A DNA stretch of 64,000 nucleotides, taken from IMG/VR virus record IMGVR_UViG_2740892442_000004. One strand, written 5' to 3'. The position numbers and the translations under genes were made by a program. Below are positions 51,617-60,361 of the stretch, piece after piece. The first letter of the stretch is position 1. Each line of letters opens with the position of its first letter. Source of the DNA: a virus. Its lineage: Duplodnaviria > Heunggongvirae > Uroviricota > Caudoviricetes. The notes under the pieces were generated by a model. That model did no database searches, was not told where the DNA came from, and saw only the letters and a list, made by a program, of their open reading frames with translations.

Positions 51617-51898
51617 ATGGCATACGGTACAGGGATTTACAACAATAAAGGAATTAACGTTACTGGCTTCCTTACTCCTATTTTTTTTCTTGATCGATTT
51701 ACTGCGTCATCAGGCTCTAAGACGTACTCCAATCCGCCACCGGGTAAATCGCTACATGCCGTGTGGTCATTGATGCCTCTTAACAACGACAACTACATTA
51801 ATTTACCTGTTCCAACAGTTACTATTAATGGAAATACGGTTAGTTGGTCAAATTTATATACGGGGCTTGGTTCTTACATATACACATACTGGGGATAA
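51617..51898 (+). CDS. hypothetical protein, AT-rich, Tyr/Asn/Gly-rich
   Basis: 93 aa ORF. Confidence 0.4.
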   Translation: MAYGTGIYNNKGINVTGFLTPIFFLDRFTASSGSKTYSNPPPGKSLHAVWSLMPLNNDNYINLPVPTVTINGNTVSWSNLYTGLGSYIYTYWG

Positions 51899-51900
51899 TT

Positions 51901-52515
51901 ATGTTCGGGATGTCAATTACTCAATCAGATGGAAGTTTGTGGATGAGTCCAGAATTTACTCCGCAAAATCTGATTAATAAAGGGACAATGTCTACATCTA
52001 AAGGTTCTGTTTTTCAAACATCAATCCCATCAAACAAATCATGCTTTTTCTTCATAAAAAGCAGTAATAAGGCGAACATGATGTTTATTCATGAGCATAG
52101 TAACGGATACAATGCTCTCAGATTGCATCAGGTAAATGGTAGCCCCGGAACAATAACAGTTTATGCTTTTTCTGATATGGTGTTACCACATTCTGGCTAT
52201 GGCATTGCCATGTATAACAGCGCAGGCGCAATGGTGTATCACGGTGAGATGATGCCCCTTGATGCGAAACTTATCACTATTTCTGACCCTCAATTTACAA
52301 TAGATATGGGGTATCCATGTGCGGTAATGCCTGCTATGGTTGGGGTATATAACTATAGACGAACCGATTACGACAGACCTGTCTATGTAACAATGACAGG
52401 TGCAACTGGAAACCAAGTATATAACGGTCAATGGTATTCCGGTAATGTCACATGGGATATTAAGAAGATTTATACAAACAAAATTCTGGTGATAAATACC
52501 TCCAAGTATGATTAG
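51901..52515 (+). CDS. hypothetical protein, AT-rich, beta-rich composition
   Basis: 204 aa; ORF opens at 51844. Confidence 0.4.
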   Translation: MFGMSITQSDGSLWMSPEFTPQNLINKGTMSTSKGSVFQTSIPSNKSCFFFIKSSNKANMMFIHEHSNGYNALRLHQVNGSPGTITVYAFSDMVLPHSGYGIAMYNSAGAMVYHGEMMPLDAKLITISDPQFTIDMGYPCAVMPAMVGVYNYRRTDYDRPVYVTMTGATGNQVYNGQWYSGNVTWDIKKIYTNKILVINTSKYD

Positions 52516-52618
52516 CCAATGCCTTTATTTGAAGGATTGCCTGTTTATTTCTATTTAGTACCTTTTCATTTTTGAAATAATTGCACCATTAAACAAATCA
52601 CTTCTTAATGGTGCAATT

Positions 52619-54304
52619 ATGAATACAGCCCTTTCCATCATCGACGATGCCAACTCAAACACTGCTATCGACTATCGGCAGGAAATGAACGTCATCCACG
52701 AAATTGTGGCCGAGTGCGAGAAAGAGATCGCCTTCATGTATCAGGTACACGACTTCGTTTATGGCGACGAACGCCACAACATGATTAATCGCCTGCTGAG
52801 ACTAAACCATCGACCAGATGAAGATCGCTCGCGTTTAAATCGAGGTTGGTTGGATAAAGTCGATCTGGAATGGGTGAAACAGAATATTTGGGCCGAGTAC
52901 TGGAGGAAGGTCACGGACATGACTAACGTTTTGCTGATCATGCCAGCTTCCCGTCGAGATGAGTGGCGCGAGCAGTTTATAGAGGGCAAACAGGAAGTCA
53001 TCAAAACTGACAGAACCGGCTACCAGATGAAGGTTAAAGAGTTCGTTGGTGTACCGGAGTTCAAAGCAGAAACGGTCATACCCACGATGCTTAATTTGCT
53101 GAATGACAGGCACAAATATCTCTCTGAGCGCGTGTATGGCTTGTTTAAGGCGCTGAGTCCTGCGCACAAGACAAATAAGACAAACGGTTTCAGCGAACGT
53201 CTGATAATCGCTGACTGCATTTCTGATTTCTGGCGGGACAGCGTTAGTGTGAACTATCGCAAAGAGGACTATATCGACGATCTGCGTGTCTTGCTTCATT
53301 TCTTCGCGCACAAAGAATTTATTACCATCAACCGCACTGCTGAGGTGCTATCAGCTGCGTATCGGGCAAACGACTGCCAGACCGGTGACTGGATGAACGT
53401 CGATGGAAATCTAATGCGCGTGAAGATGTTCAAGAACGGCAACGTTCACTTTGAAATACATCCTGACGTGGCCTGGAAGTTGAATGAGGTGCTGGCTTAC
53501 AGTATGCCTGCTGCAATCCCCGCGCCATGTCGCACCGCGCCAAAAACACGGGCACCAAAGCAGTTCGGGTTAATCCAGAAGACGATCTCCGTGCCGGTTC
53601 GCACTGCGCTTCGTGACGGGCGATTTAGCAAAGACAAAGGCGTATGGTACTTCTCTGATTCAGCTCTCCAGAAGTCGCAGGTGGAAGAGCTTGAGCGCAC
53701 ACTGAGCTTCATTGGCGGCGTGCAGGAGAAAAAGCACTGGCAGTTCCCGTATGAGATCGGCCATACGCTAAATACGATTGTGGCTACCGGTTTAATACCG
53801 GATACAAAATCACACCAGTTCTACCCTACCCCACGCTTGATTGCTGAGTACGTTGCCAGAGCCACTGAATTGAAGCCTGGTGAGAAGTTGTTGGAGCCTC
53901 AAGCCGGACGTGGGGATCTTCTGGCCTATATTAACGCCGATCTGGAAGATGTTACCTGCATAGAAATCGCACCTCTCTTCGCTGATATCCTGCGTGGAAA
54001 AGGGTATACGAACACGATTTGCTGCGACTTCATAAAGTGGTCTGAGGACAACGCAGGTTATCAGTTCGACAAAATCGTTATGAACCCGCCGTACTCGCTT
54101 GGTCGTCATAGAGAGCACACGCTGGCTGCGCTGGGGCATCTGAAAGTCGGCGGGCGTCTTGTAGCAGTATTGCCGGGCACTGCGCCAATACTGGACTGGA
54201 TGACGATGGATAATTACGTTTATGCCAGAGGGAAGTCGTTTACCAACGAGTTTGAAGACACAGGGATCACAGTCAGCGTATACGTTTTCAAACGCGTTAA
54301 ATGA
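52619..54304 (+). CDS. N6-adenine DNA methyltransferase with about 380 aa N-terminal domain of unknown function
   Basis: C-terminal FYPTP, EPQAGRGDL (motif I), MNPPYS (motif IV). Confidence 0.6.
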   Translation: MNTALSIIDDANSNTAIDYRQEMNVIHEIVAECEKEIAFMYQVHDFVYGDERHNMINRLLRLNHRPDEDRSRLNRGWLDKVDLEWVKQNIWAEYWRKVTDMTNVLLIMPASRRDEWREQFIEGKQEVIKTDRTGYQMKVKEFVGVPEFKAETVIPTMLNLLNDRHKYLSERVYGLFKALSPAHKTNKTNGFSERLIIADCISDFWRDSVSVNYRKEDYIDDLRVLLHFFAHKEFITINRTAEVLSAAYRANDCQTGDWMNVDGNLMRVKMFKNGNVHFEIHPDVAWKLNEVLAYSMPAAIPAPCRTAPKTRAPKQFGLIQKTISVPVRTALRDGRFSKDKGVWYFSDSALQKSQVEELERTLSFIGGVQEKKHWQFPYEIGHTLNTIVATGLIPDTKSHQFYPTPRLIAEYVARATELKPGEKLLEPQAGRGDLLAYINADLEDVTCIEIAPLFADILRGKGYTNTICCDFIKWSEDNAGYQFDKIVMNPPYSLGRHREHTLAALGHLKVGGRLVAVLPGTAPILDWMTMDNYVYARGKSFTNEFEDTGITVSVYVFKRVK

Positions 54305-54365
54305 TAGGTAAATGCTTACTTAATTTGTGTAAGAATGTAATAACTAAACGATAAGAGAAAAACAC

Positions 54366-55070
54366 ATGAACAACCTCCAGTTAGAGCATTTTAACGTCAC
54401 AGGCCATTCTGATTTTCCTTTCAAGTTTACATTGAAAGGTTATGCAGAGGATGCGGTAGGCCAGATCATTATTGATAAAGGCATCGTTAAGTTTGAGGGG
54501 GATTTTGATGAATCCGCGAAAACATTCATAGACTTCGTTGCCAAACGTTGGAGCGAGCAATGGAAAGACCTGGAAAAGCGCGCTAGTGAGTTTGATCGGT
54601 TCATGGATGCAATGGATACAGCAAAAGAGGCTCTTGCTGCCGGGACTCCGTTAGATCTGGAGTCACTTTTCAACGGCGAAGTGGCCTCTGCGATGTTCGC
54701 CACCATGTTCGCGGGTGAGTTCGTCCGCAGCGGTGCCAAAAACTACCTTGAGCTGGATTACAACGTCCCTGCAATTGGCGATTTCGTCGTTACCATCCAA
54801 CGCAAAGAAGGTAAGACGCCAGGTGAACGCGTCGCAGAACTTGAGGCTGTTGTGGATCAGCGTAACGGAGAGTGTGACCGTTTGATCAACGAGCTTCATG
54901 CACTTCGGGAAGAAAGAATATGCGAGGGTAGTAATACACGTAATGCAGCGGATATCTACTTCCAGTTAGTTGAGGAATGCCAGATTCCACCAGGTGGCTC
55001 TCTTGTCGATTACGTCGGACATTTAATGGCGGAAGTTAACTCCAGCCATAAAGATGGTGAGGTGCGCTGA
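54366..55070 (+). CDS. hypothetical protein
   Basis: 234 aa ORF after AGAGAAAAACACATG leader. Confidence 0.45.
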   Translation: MNNLQLEHFNVTGHSDFPFKFTLKGYAEDAVGQIIIDKGIVKFEGDFDESAKTFIDFVAKRWSEQWKDLEKRASEFDRFMDAMDTAKEALAAGTPLDLESLFNGEVASAMFATMFAGEFVRSGAKNYLELDYNVPAIGDFVVTIQRKEGKTPGERVAELEAVVDQRNGECDRLINELHALREERICEGSNTRNAADIYFQLVEECQIPPGGSLVDYVGHLMAEVNSSHKDGEVR

Positions 55071-55450
55071 TGTTTGGCATTGACGCACAGCGTATAGCCG
55101 CTTTTGCAAAAAGCCCTCTTGATAATCCCTTGTCTCGTAGTGAGCAAATGGAGCTGGCAAGGCTTTTTCTTCACATTCAAAAACAGGCAGACATTTTCAA
55201 TAACATGCCTAATCAACCTATTCTGGATGGCCACATCCAGATGGTCATTAACAGTCATGAGAAAGGCTGGGCTGCAATCGTCCCCTGCACAATTACATAC
55301 AAGTTGGCGAAAGAGGTTCAAGAGTTTCGAAAAGCCAGTGTCGAATCGGAGTCTACCAAAGCCGCAATAAACACTCTTATTCGCATGGGGTTCACATGGA
55401 CCGGTGGAGCCTACTGGCAAGCACCTCACCCCATTTTATCCGGCAATTAG
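55070..55450 (+). CDS. hypothetical protein
   Basis: 126 aa ORF. Confidence 0.4.
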   Translation: MFGIDAQRIAAFAKSPLDNPLSRSEQMELARLFLHIQKQADIFNNMPNQPILDGHIQMVINSHEKGWAAIVPCTITYKLAKEVQEFRKASVESESTKAAINTLIRMGFTWTGGAYWQAPHPILSGN

Positions 55451-55587
55451 ACGCTACAAATCCTTCGGCATGAATAAATAAAGGCCATAAGTTGTGGCCC
55501 TAAATAAATTGTTTTCTACCTTTTCTTATTTGTGAAAATAACCAGCACTTGGTAGTGCTTATGTAACAGCAAAGAAGAGAAAAACAC

Positions 55588-56139
55588 ATGAGTAACAAAA
55601 TCGAAAATCCCGTAGTTCTCATTCACAAGCGCGAGAACCACGACTCCTATGCGGTGGCGATCACCAATGGGAGTCACGATTTTTACGATGGCCTGCTAAT
55701 GGCCTCAGTGTCGCCTGATGAGGCAGACAACTCTTTTGCCGTCTTCGCTATGGTTGGTTACTACATGGCTGCCGAAATTGAGAAGTTGCGGGCGCAGAGA
55801 GACGCATTAGCGGCGGAGAATGTGGCATTGCGATCTAAGGCTGCGGAACTGGCACATGAAGCGTCAAAAATTTACTCGGCATATAACGCCACTATCACAG
55901 AGCCTGACGGGGATTTTATGGACATGCAGACATTGCATGAAATGCAGTGCATAGAAACTCCAGCCACCGATGCTTTTCTGGCTGAAGTACGTGCGCAGGG
56001 CGTGGATATGGCTCGTAACGCGATGATTGATTTTGTTGATGGTGAAGTTGGGCCAAACAAGAACGTTCCGGGGCTGATTAGAGGCGCAGAGATATGCGTA
56101 AGTATTGCTGAACTGCTTCGTAAAGGAGTCATCCAGTGA
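55588..56139 (+). CDS. hypothetical protein
   Basis: 183 aa ORF after AGAGAAAAACACATG leader. Confidence 0.45.
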   Translation: MSNKIENPVVLIHKRENHDSYAVAITNGSHDFYDGLLMASVSPDEADNSFAVFAMVGYYMAAEIEKLRAQRDALAAENVALRSKAAELAHEASKIYSAYNATITEPDGDFMDMQTLHEMQCIETPATDAFLAEVRAQGVDMARNAMIDFVDGEVGPNKNVPGLIRGAEICVSIAELLRKGVIQ

Positions 56140-56780
56140 GCAAGATTGACTATCAGGCACTGCGTGAGATAGCAGAGAAAGCAACGTGTGGTGTGTGGTC
56201 GCTCGAATATGGAGAGGGCCGATTTGATGGTGATGATGCACTAATTCATCGCGAGGCTGCTGGATATATTCCCATTTGCAGAATTGAAGGAGCGCATCCT
56301 GAAAGCGGTTTCGATGAAGATTTCCAAATGGAACAGCAGGCCAATGCTGAATTCATCGCCGCAGCCAGTCCGGCTACTGTGCTGACGCTGCTGGATGAAC
56401 GGGAAAGAAACCAGCAATACATCAAAAGCCGTGACCAGGAGAACGAGGAAATTGCGCTAACGGTAGGGAAGCTGCGTGTTGAGCTGGAAGCCGCAGAGAA
56501 GCGCATAGCAGAACTGGAGGCACGGGAAATAAAACCAGCCAAAGGCGAAGTTCTTGTCGTTGTATCTGGTTTTACTGGTTGCGGAAAAAGCGCCATTGCC
56601 GGGGAAATAGAAATCGCGATGAAGGCTATTGGTGTACCGGTTCAGTGGACTAATGGCGATGCGGAAAAGCGCATGACAGGAGCTGACTGGCTGACAGCGA
56701 TTGAGATGTACAAACCAACAGTGCGCATCGTGGAAGTTAATGTGCCACGCGCCCCTGGCATTCGCATCAAAGGAGAGTGA
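56136..56780 (+). CDS. hypothetical protein (possibly Ead/Ea22-like)
   Basis: 214 aa; N-terminal [14 protein letters not shown] segment; weak. Confidence 0.35.
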   Translation: MSKIDYQALREIAEKATCGVWSLEYGEGRFDGDDALIHREAAGYIPICRIEGAHPESGFDEDFQMEQQANAEFIAAASPATVLTLLDERERNQQYIKSRDQENEEIALTVGKLRVELEAAEKRIAELEAREIKPAKGEVLVVVSGFTGCGKSAIAGEIEIAMKAIGVPVQWTNGDAEKRMTGADWLTAIEMYKPTVRIVEVNVPRAPGIRIKGE

Positions 56781-56781
56781 G

Positions 56782-57108
56782 ATGGCCACATCGCATTATG
56801 CAATCACCCAGGAAAAAGTATTTCGCTTGCTCGAACGTCTGGAGGCGCTCGCCACGGAGGAGGATATATCCCCGGAGATGCTGGTTGAGTGCAGCCGTGT
56901 GATATTGCGTCGCAAGAACGACATCGCGCGGTTGACATCTGGCGCACCATCCGTATCAGCCAGTCCAACGCTTTATTGCAGCTTCTGCAACAAATCCCAG
57001 CACGCCGTCAAAAAGTTAATTGCTGGGGACGCCGTTTTTATCTGCGACGAGTGCGTGGATGTGTGCAACAGAATTATCCGGGGAGAGAAAGAGGGATCAG
57101 CACGATGA
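56782..57108 (+). CDS. Small protein with ClpX-type zinc-binding motif
   Basis: C-terminal [37 protein letters not shown] closely parallels the ClpX N-terminal ZBD; four Cys conserved; AGGAG Shine-Dalgarno. Confidence 0.55.
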   Translation: MATSHYAITQEKVFRLLERLEALATEEDISPEMLVECSRVILRRKNDIARLTSGAPSVSASPTLYCSFCNKSQHAVKKLIAGDAVFICDECVDVCNRIIRGEKEGSAR

Positions 57109-57290
57109 GAAAACTAGAGGTTCGCGCTGAAGACGTAATCCCTGGTGATGTGCTCATAACATCTAAAGGTCAACAATGTGCGGTTAAATCTTTCTGGATG
57201 GACGGTGACAAAGTGACTCTGTTCGGTACGGATGGTTCCGAAACTGATTATGACTACGACGAATTGCTTGTTGTTGAGAGAGCTGCCTAA
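57105..57290 (+). CDS. hypothetical small protein
   Basis: ATGA overlap with upstream stop; 61 aa. Confidence 0.35.
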   Translation: MRKLEVRAEDVIPGDVLITSKGQQCAVKSFWMDGDKVTLFGTDGSETDYDYDELLVVERAA

Positions 57291-57916
57291 TGACCACGGT
57301 TAACAATAAGAAATGCTACCCAAGCGAGAAATATCTTAATGAGCTGATCACCAACATAGAGTTTGCGGCAAGGGCACCAGTTGAAGTCGTGAGAGCAATG
57401 GCAGCAGAGCTACAGAAGCGGCGCGAAGCTGATAGTGCCGAACCTGCAAGTAATCATGAAGAGTTGCCGCTTGATTATCTCCAAGGTCAAAAAGATGGTC
57501 TTGAATGGGCTGCGCAGCTTGCAGAAGCAAATCACCCACAAACTGGCGACTGGCTTTACGATGACCCGCTGGAGCTGGCTAAAGCTATCAGAAAAGGTCC
57601 TGACATGCCCGAATTCGATGGGCCAACTCCGGTAACTCCGGATGGTTGGATAAGCTGTAGTGAGCAGATGCCTGTAATCGGCGAGCTAAATTGGAGAACT
57701 GGTTTTCCTTTGCTGATTACGTGTGAGATCGGCGTTATACCAGCTTATTACGGCTTTGTGAGCGTTAATGGGGATAAGCATTATGGTTTTATGGAAAGTT
57801 TTAAATACGGAGACGATCGCGGCGGCCATCCTAAAACTAATGAATATGGTCTGATTAGCAATGTCACACACTGGATGCCGCTACCAGAACCTCCGCAGGA
57901 GTCGAAGAGTGAATAA
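57290..57916 (+). CDS. hypothetical protein
   Basis: 208 aa ORF. Confidence 0.45.
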   Translation: MTTVNNKKCYPSEKYLNELITNIEFAARAPVEVVRAMAAELQKRREADSAEPASNHEELPLDYLQGQKDGLEWAAQLAEANHPQTGDWLYDDPLELAKAIRKGPDMPEFDGPTPVTPDGWISCSEQMPVIGELNWRTGFPLLITCEIGVIPAYYGFVSVNGDKHYGFMESFKYGDDRGGHPKTNEYGLISNVTHWMPLPEPPQESKSE

Positions 57917-58130
57917 AGCAGAGTTATTTCAGAAAATATCGGCTCTCGCGACTGAATGCCACGCTATAGCATCTGAGCTTGATGTTGGCGATGAACGAAC
58001 CGAGATGTTCGAAATATACAGTGTGCTGCGCAATCTCTGTCGGCGTGGCTACGCCACTCAAGTAGGGCGAATGACTAACCCACTACTCTCATCCTGTGAT
58101 GAGGATGACTCGGATGAGGATGACGAATGA
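57909..58130 (+). CDS. hypothetical small acidic protein
   Basis: GTG start with AGGAG 6 nt upstream; ORF opens at 57861. Confidence 0.35.
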   Translation: MNKAELFQKISALATECHAIASELDVGDERTEMFEIYSVLRNLCRRGYATQVGRMTNPLLSSCDEDDSDEDDE

Positions 58131-58510
58131 TGCATAAATCAGTAGCCGGTGAGTTTCAGAAGGAAGTCGATAATACCACTGATCTATTGGACGATATTTT
58201 AAGCATTCTCGCGCTGCTTGAGGCTGGCGATTGGTCAGAACATTGCACTAAAACAGAGCTAGGCGGTCGGCTTGAAAGAGAGATTACACGACTGATTAGC
58301 GATGCCCAAAATGATTTGTCACCTGAGCATCTCCCCTGCGATGTAGTTCTTGTGCCAGGGATGAGGATACACGAAGGCGTCAGAACGAAAACATTATTAA
58401 CCGCATTACAGAGAAGAGCCGAACTAAGCTCGCGGATAAAGTTGATGCCATCCAAAATATTTGATGTCGTCAAATTTATGCCATCGCAACATACTGAGAG
58501 AGATAAATGA
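58127..58510 (+). CDS. hypothetical protein
   Basis: 127 aa ORF, ATGA overlap. Confidence 0.4.
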   Translation: MMHKSVAGEFQKEVDNTTDLLDDILSILALLEAGDWSEHCTKTELGGRLEREITRLISDAQNDLSPEHLPCDVVLVPGMRIHEGVRTKTLLTALQRRAELSSRIKLMPSKIFDVVKFMPSQHTERDK

Positions 58511-59133
58511 GCACGGTAGCGAAAGATCTCACAGAAGATATTCTCAATGAAATTATTGCTGGTGCAAATACCTCGCTTGAGCAACTTCTTGCGTTAGCAC
58601 TGAGAGCCGAACGTCGAGACAGAAATCGTTTTTATGAGCGATTACCAGGGAAGCGACCAGATAGATCGGATGAAGAAGGTTGCGATATAGACTACATGGA
58701 GCCTTCAGAGATTTATCAACTTGGTAAAGATGACGGCTGGAACGCTTATCACGATGCTGTGATGAAGTTGGATGAAAAAGTTAAACCTCTTTCTCGACCG
58801 GTAGATCACGGTTTCCGCGATAACTGCGAATGCTCTAGTTGCCAGACCACGGCCCGTATTTGTTCCGAATTGACAGATAAGTCCAGCCTAATCTACGAAG
58901 TTAATGTAGGCGGTAATACATGGGTCGAATGCACAAGAGCTGCATACGTAAGAGCAAAAGACAAGGGTGAATTAACCAGAGTTGTTACCAATCACCCAAA
59001 TAATGAGCTTAAAGATCACCAGATTCGAGAACTGGTGAACGAGTTGAGAGATATTGCGGTTCAGTACCACGGAACGCAGCAATTGCGGGAGAAGATTGCC
59101 AGAGCAGTGAACAACTCAGTCCGTAAAAAATAA
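58507..59133 (+). CDS. hypothetical protein
   Basis: 208 aa ORF. Confidence 0.45.
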   Translation: MSTVAKDLTEDILNEIIAGANTSLEQLLALALRAERRDRNRFYERLPGKRPDRSDEEGCDIDYMEPSEIYQLGKDDGWNAYHDAVMKLDEKVKPLSRPVDHGFRDNCECSSCQTTARICSELTDKSSLIYEVNVGGNTWVECTRAAYVRAKDKGELTRVVTNHPNNELKDHQIRELVNELRDIAVQYHGTQQLREKIARAVNNSVRKK

Positions 59134-59188
59134 GCAATAGTACGATAAAGAGGCCCCATGCTCTTGATGGGGCCTGTAGCAACTAGCG

Positions 59189-59272
59189 TTATGGACGCTG
59201 GTTTACGTACTCAATGATCGCTTTGATAATCGCGAACATCGGCGGCACGATTTTGAACAGTAAGTTAACCAT
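59189..59272 (-). CDS. candidate small hydrophobic peptide (27 aa)
   Basis: MVNLLFKIVPPMFAIIKAIIEYVNQRP with GAGG Shine-Dalgarno about 8 nt upstream; below the ORF-track size cut-off. Confidence 0.25.
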   Translation of the reverse strand: MVNLLFKIVPPMFAIIKAIIEYVNQRP

Positions 59273-59572
59273 AACAGGCCTCACTTAGTTTTATCGCGCC
59301 TAGCTGCAAATACCTTTGGGCTTGCCTTTGCAGTTGCAATATCTGTAGTCGCCAGATACTTACGGCACGATTTCGAGTTAAGGTAAGGTTTTAGAGTCAC
59401 CAAAAACCTGGACTTAAATCTTCTTTGAGAACAACGATGTTTAGTAAATGGTCATTATTACCTGGTATGACCACTCAACGTTTCTTGATGAATCCAGTAC
59501 ATTCGGTTAATCTTAATTCAGTCGCCAGATACTTATGGCTCAGGAACAGAGCCGCAAACTCTGTTTCCTTTT

Positions 59573-59604
59573 AAAAAGCCCAGCCTAGTCAACTGGGCTT
59601 TTTA
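59573..59604. terminator. Bidirectional rho-independent terminator
   Basis: agcccagcctagtcaactgggct flanked by A-run and T-run. Confidence 0.55.
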
Positions 59605-59701
59605 ATGTCTATTTTTAACCCAATGAACCTTCAATACCGCAACATCAGTGTCTTGCGAATTAAGATAGTGTGTATAGGTTATGCATGCAAGTGCATAACT
59701 C

Positions 59702-59710
59702 TGTGGATAA
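59702..59710 (-). promoter_or_regulatory. Perfect DnaA-box sequence
   Basis: tgtggataa is the exact reverse complement of TTATCCACA. Confidence 0.35.
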
Positions 59711-59898
59711 CTCAGGAAGGAAAAAGTAGCTTCCGCGCAATTTAGGCCAGACAAGGCTTTCGCAAAAGTCAACAGAGAGAAAAAATTTGTTAAAAATAAC
59801 GTTTGTTGGAATTATATATATTTATGCCTTTCAATAGTTAGCATCTTATTAACATCTTTTTTAAGAGATAGAGTTCAAAAATATATAGCTTCAACATA

Positions 59899-59918
59899 TA
59901 CTGTATGTATATACAGTA
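59899..59918 (+). promoter_or_regulatory. LexA (SOS) box upstream of UmuD'-like gene
   Basis: TACTGTATGTATATACAGTA matches CTGT-N8-ACAG perfectly; 17 nt upstream of ATG 59935. Confidence 0.75.
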
Positions 59919-59934
59919 TTAAGAGGCGAGTATT

Positions 59935-60324
59935 ATGGGCTTCCCTTCTCCTGCGGCGGATTATGCTGAGAGCCGTATTTCTCTTGATCAGCAGATAATT
60001 AGACATCCTTCAGCGACCTACTTCATGAGGGCAGCTGATAGTCATCATCGTGAGGGAATATTACAGGGTGCATTGCTGGTGGTCGATTCCTCACTTACCC
60101 CGGTTGATGGTTCTCTGCTTGTATGCGCTCTGGATGGGGAATATCGCGTAAAAAGATACCGGAAGTATCCACGTCAGCATCTGGAGGATTTAAGAACCGG
60201 TAAGAAGGAAGCATTGCCAAAGGATGACGATGGATGCACGGGCAGCAATGCCGTGTTTGGTGTGATCACTCACATTATCAACGACGCAAGAAGTGGCGAG
60301 TTTGATGATTGTCCCGTGATGTAG
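59935..60324 (+). CDS. UmuD'-like S24 peptidase-fold protein (resembles phage P1 HumD-type UmuD' analogue)
   Basis: Begins MGFPSPAADY, i.e. at the position of the UmuD Cys24-Gly25 cleavage site; Ser (ADSHH) and Lys (RVKRY) dyad positions retained; no umuC-like gene follows. Confidence 0.65.
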   Translation: MGFPSPAADYAESRISLDQQIIRHPSATYFMRAADSHHREGILQGALLVVDSSLTPVDGSLLVCALDGEYRVKRYRKYPRQHLEDLRTGKKEALPKDDDGCTGSNAVFGVITHIINDARSGEFDDCPVM

Positions 60325-60336
60325 GAGAACTGATTA

Positions 60337-60360
60337 GGCGGTGCAATGCACCGCCTTTTT
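60337..60360 (+). terminator. Rho-independent terminator
   Basis: ggcggtgcaatgcaccgcc followed by ttttt; ends 2 nt before apbC stop codon. Confidence 0.65.
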
Positions 60361-60361
60361 A

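Noticed and set aside
1-59150. Initial impression of a T5-like lytic phage early region (helicase, primase, tRNA cluster, NrdAB, ThyA, DHFR)
   Set aside because: The polymerase is DnaE-type rather than Pol I-type, and a RepA/iteron replicon, Dam-like methyltransferases and a UmuD'-like gene are present; this fits a phage-plasmid better.
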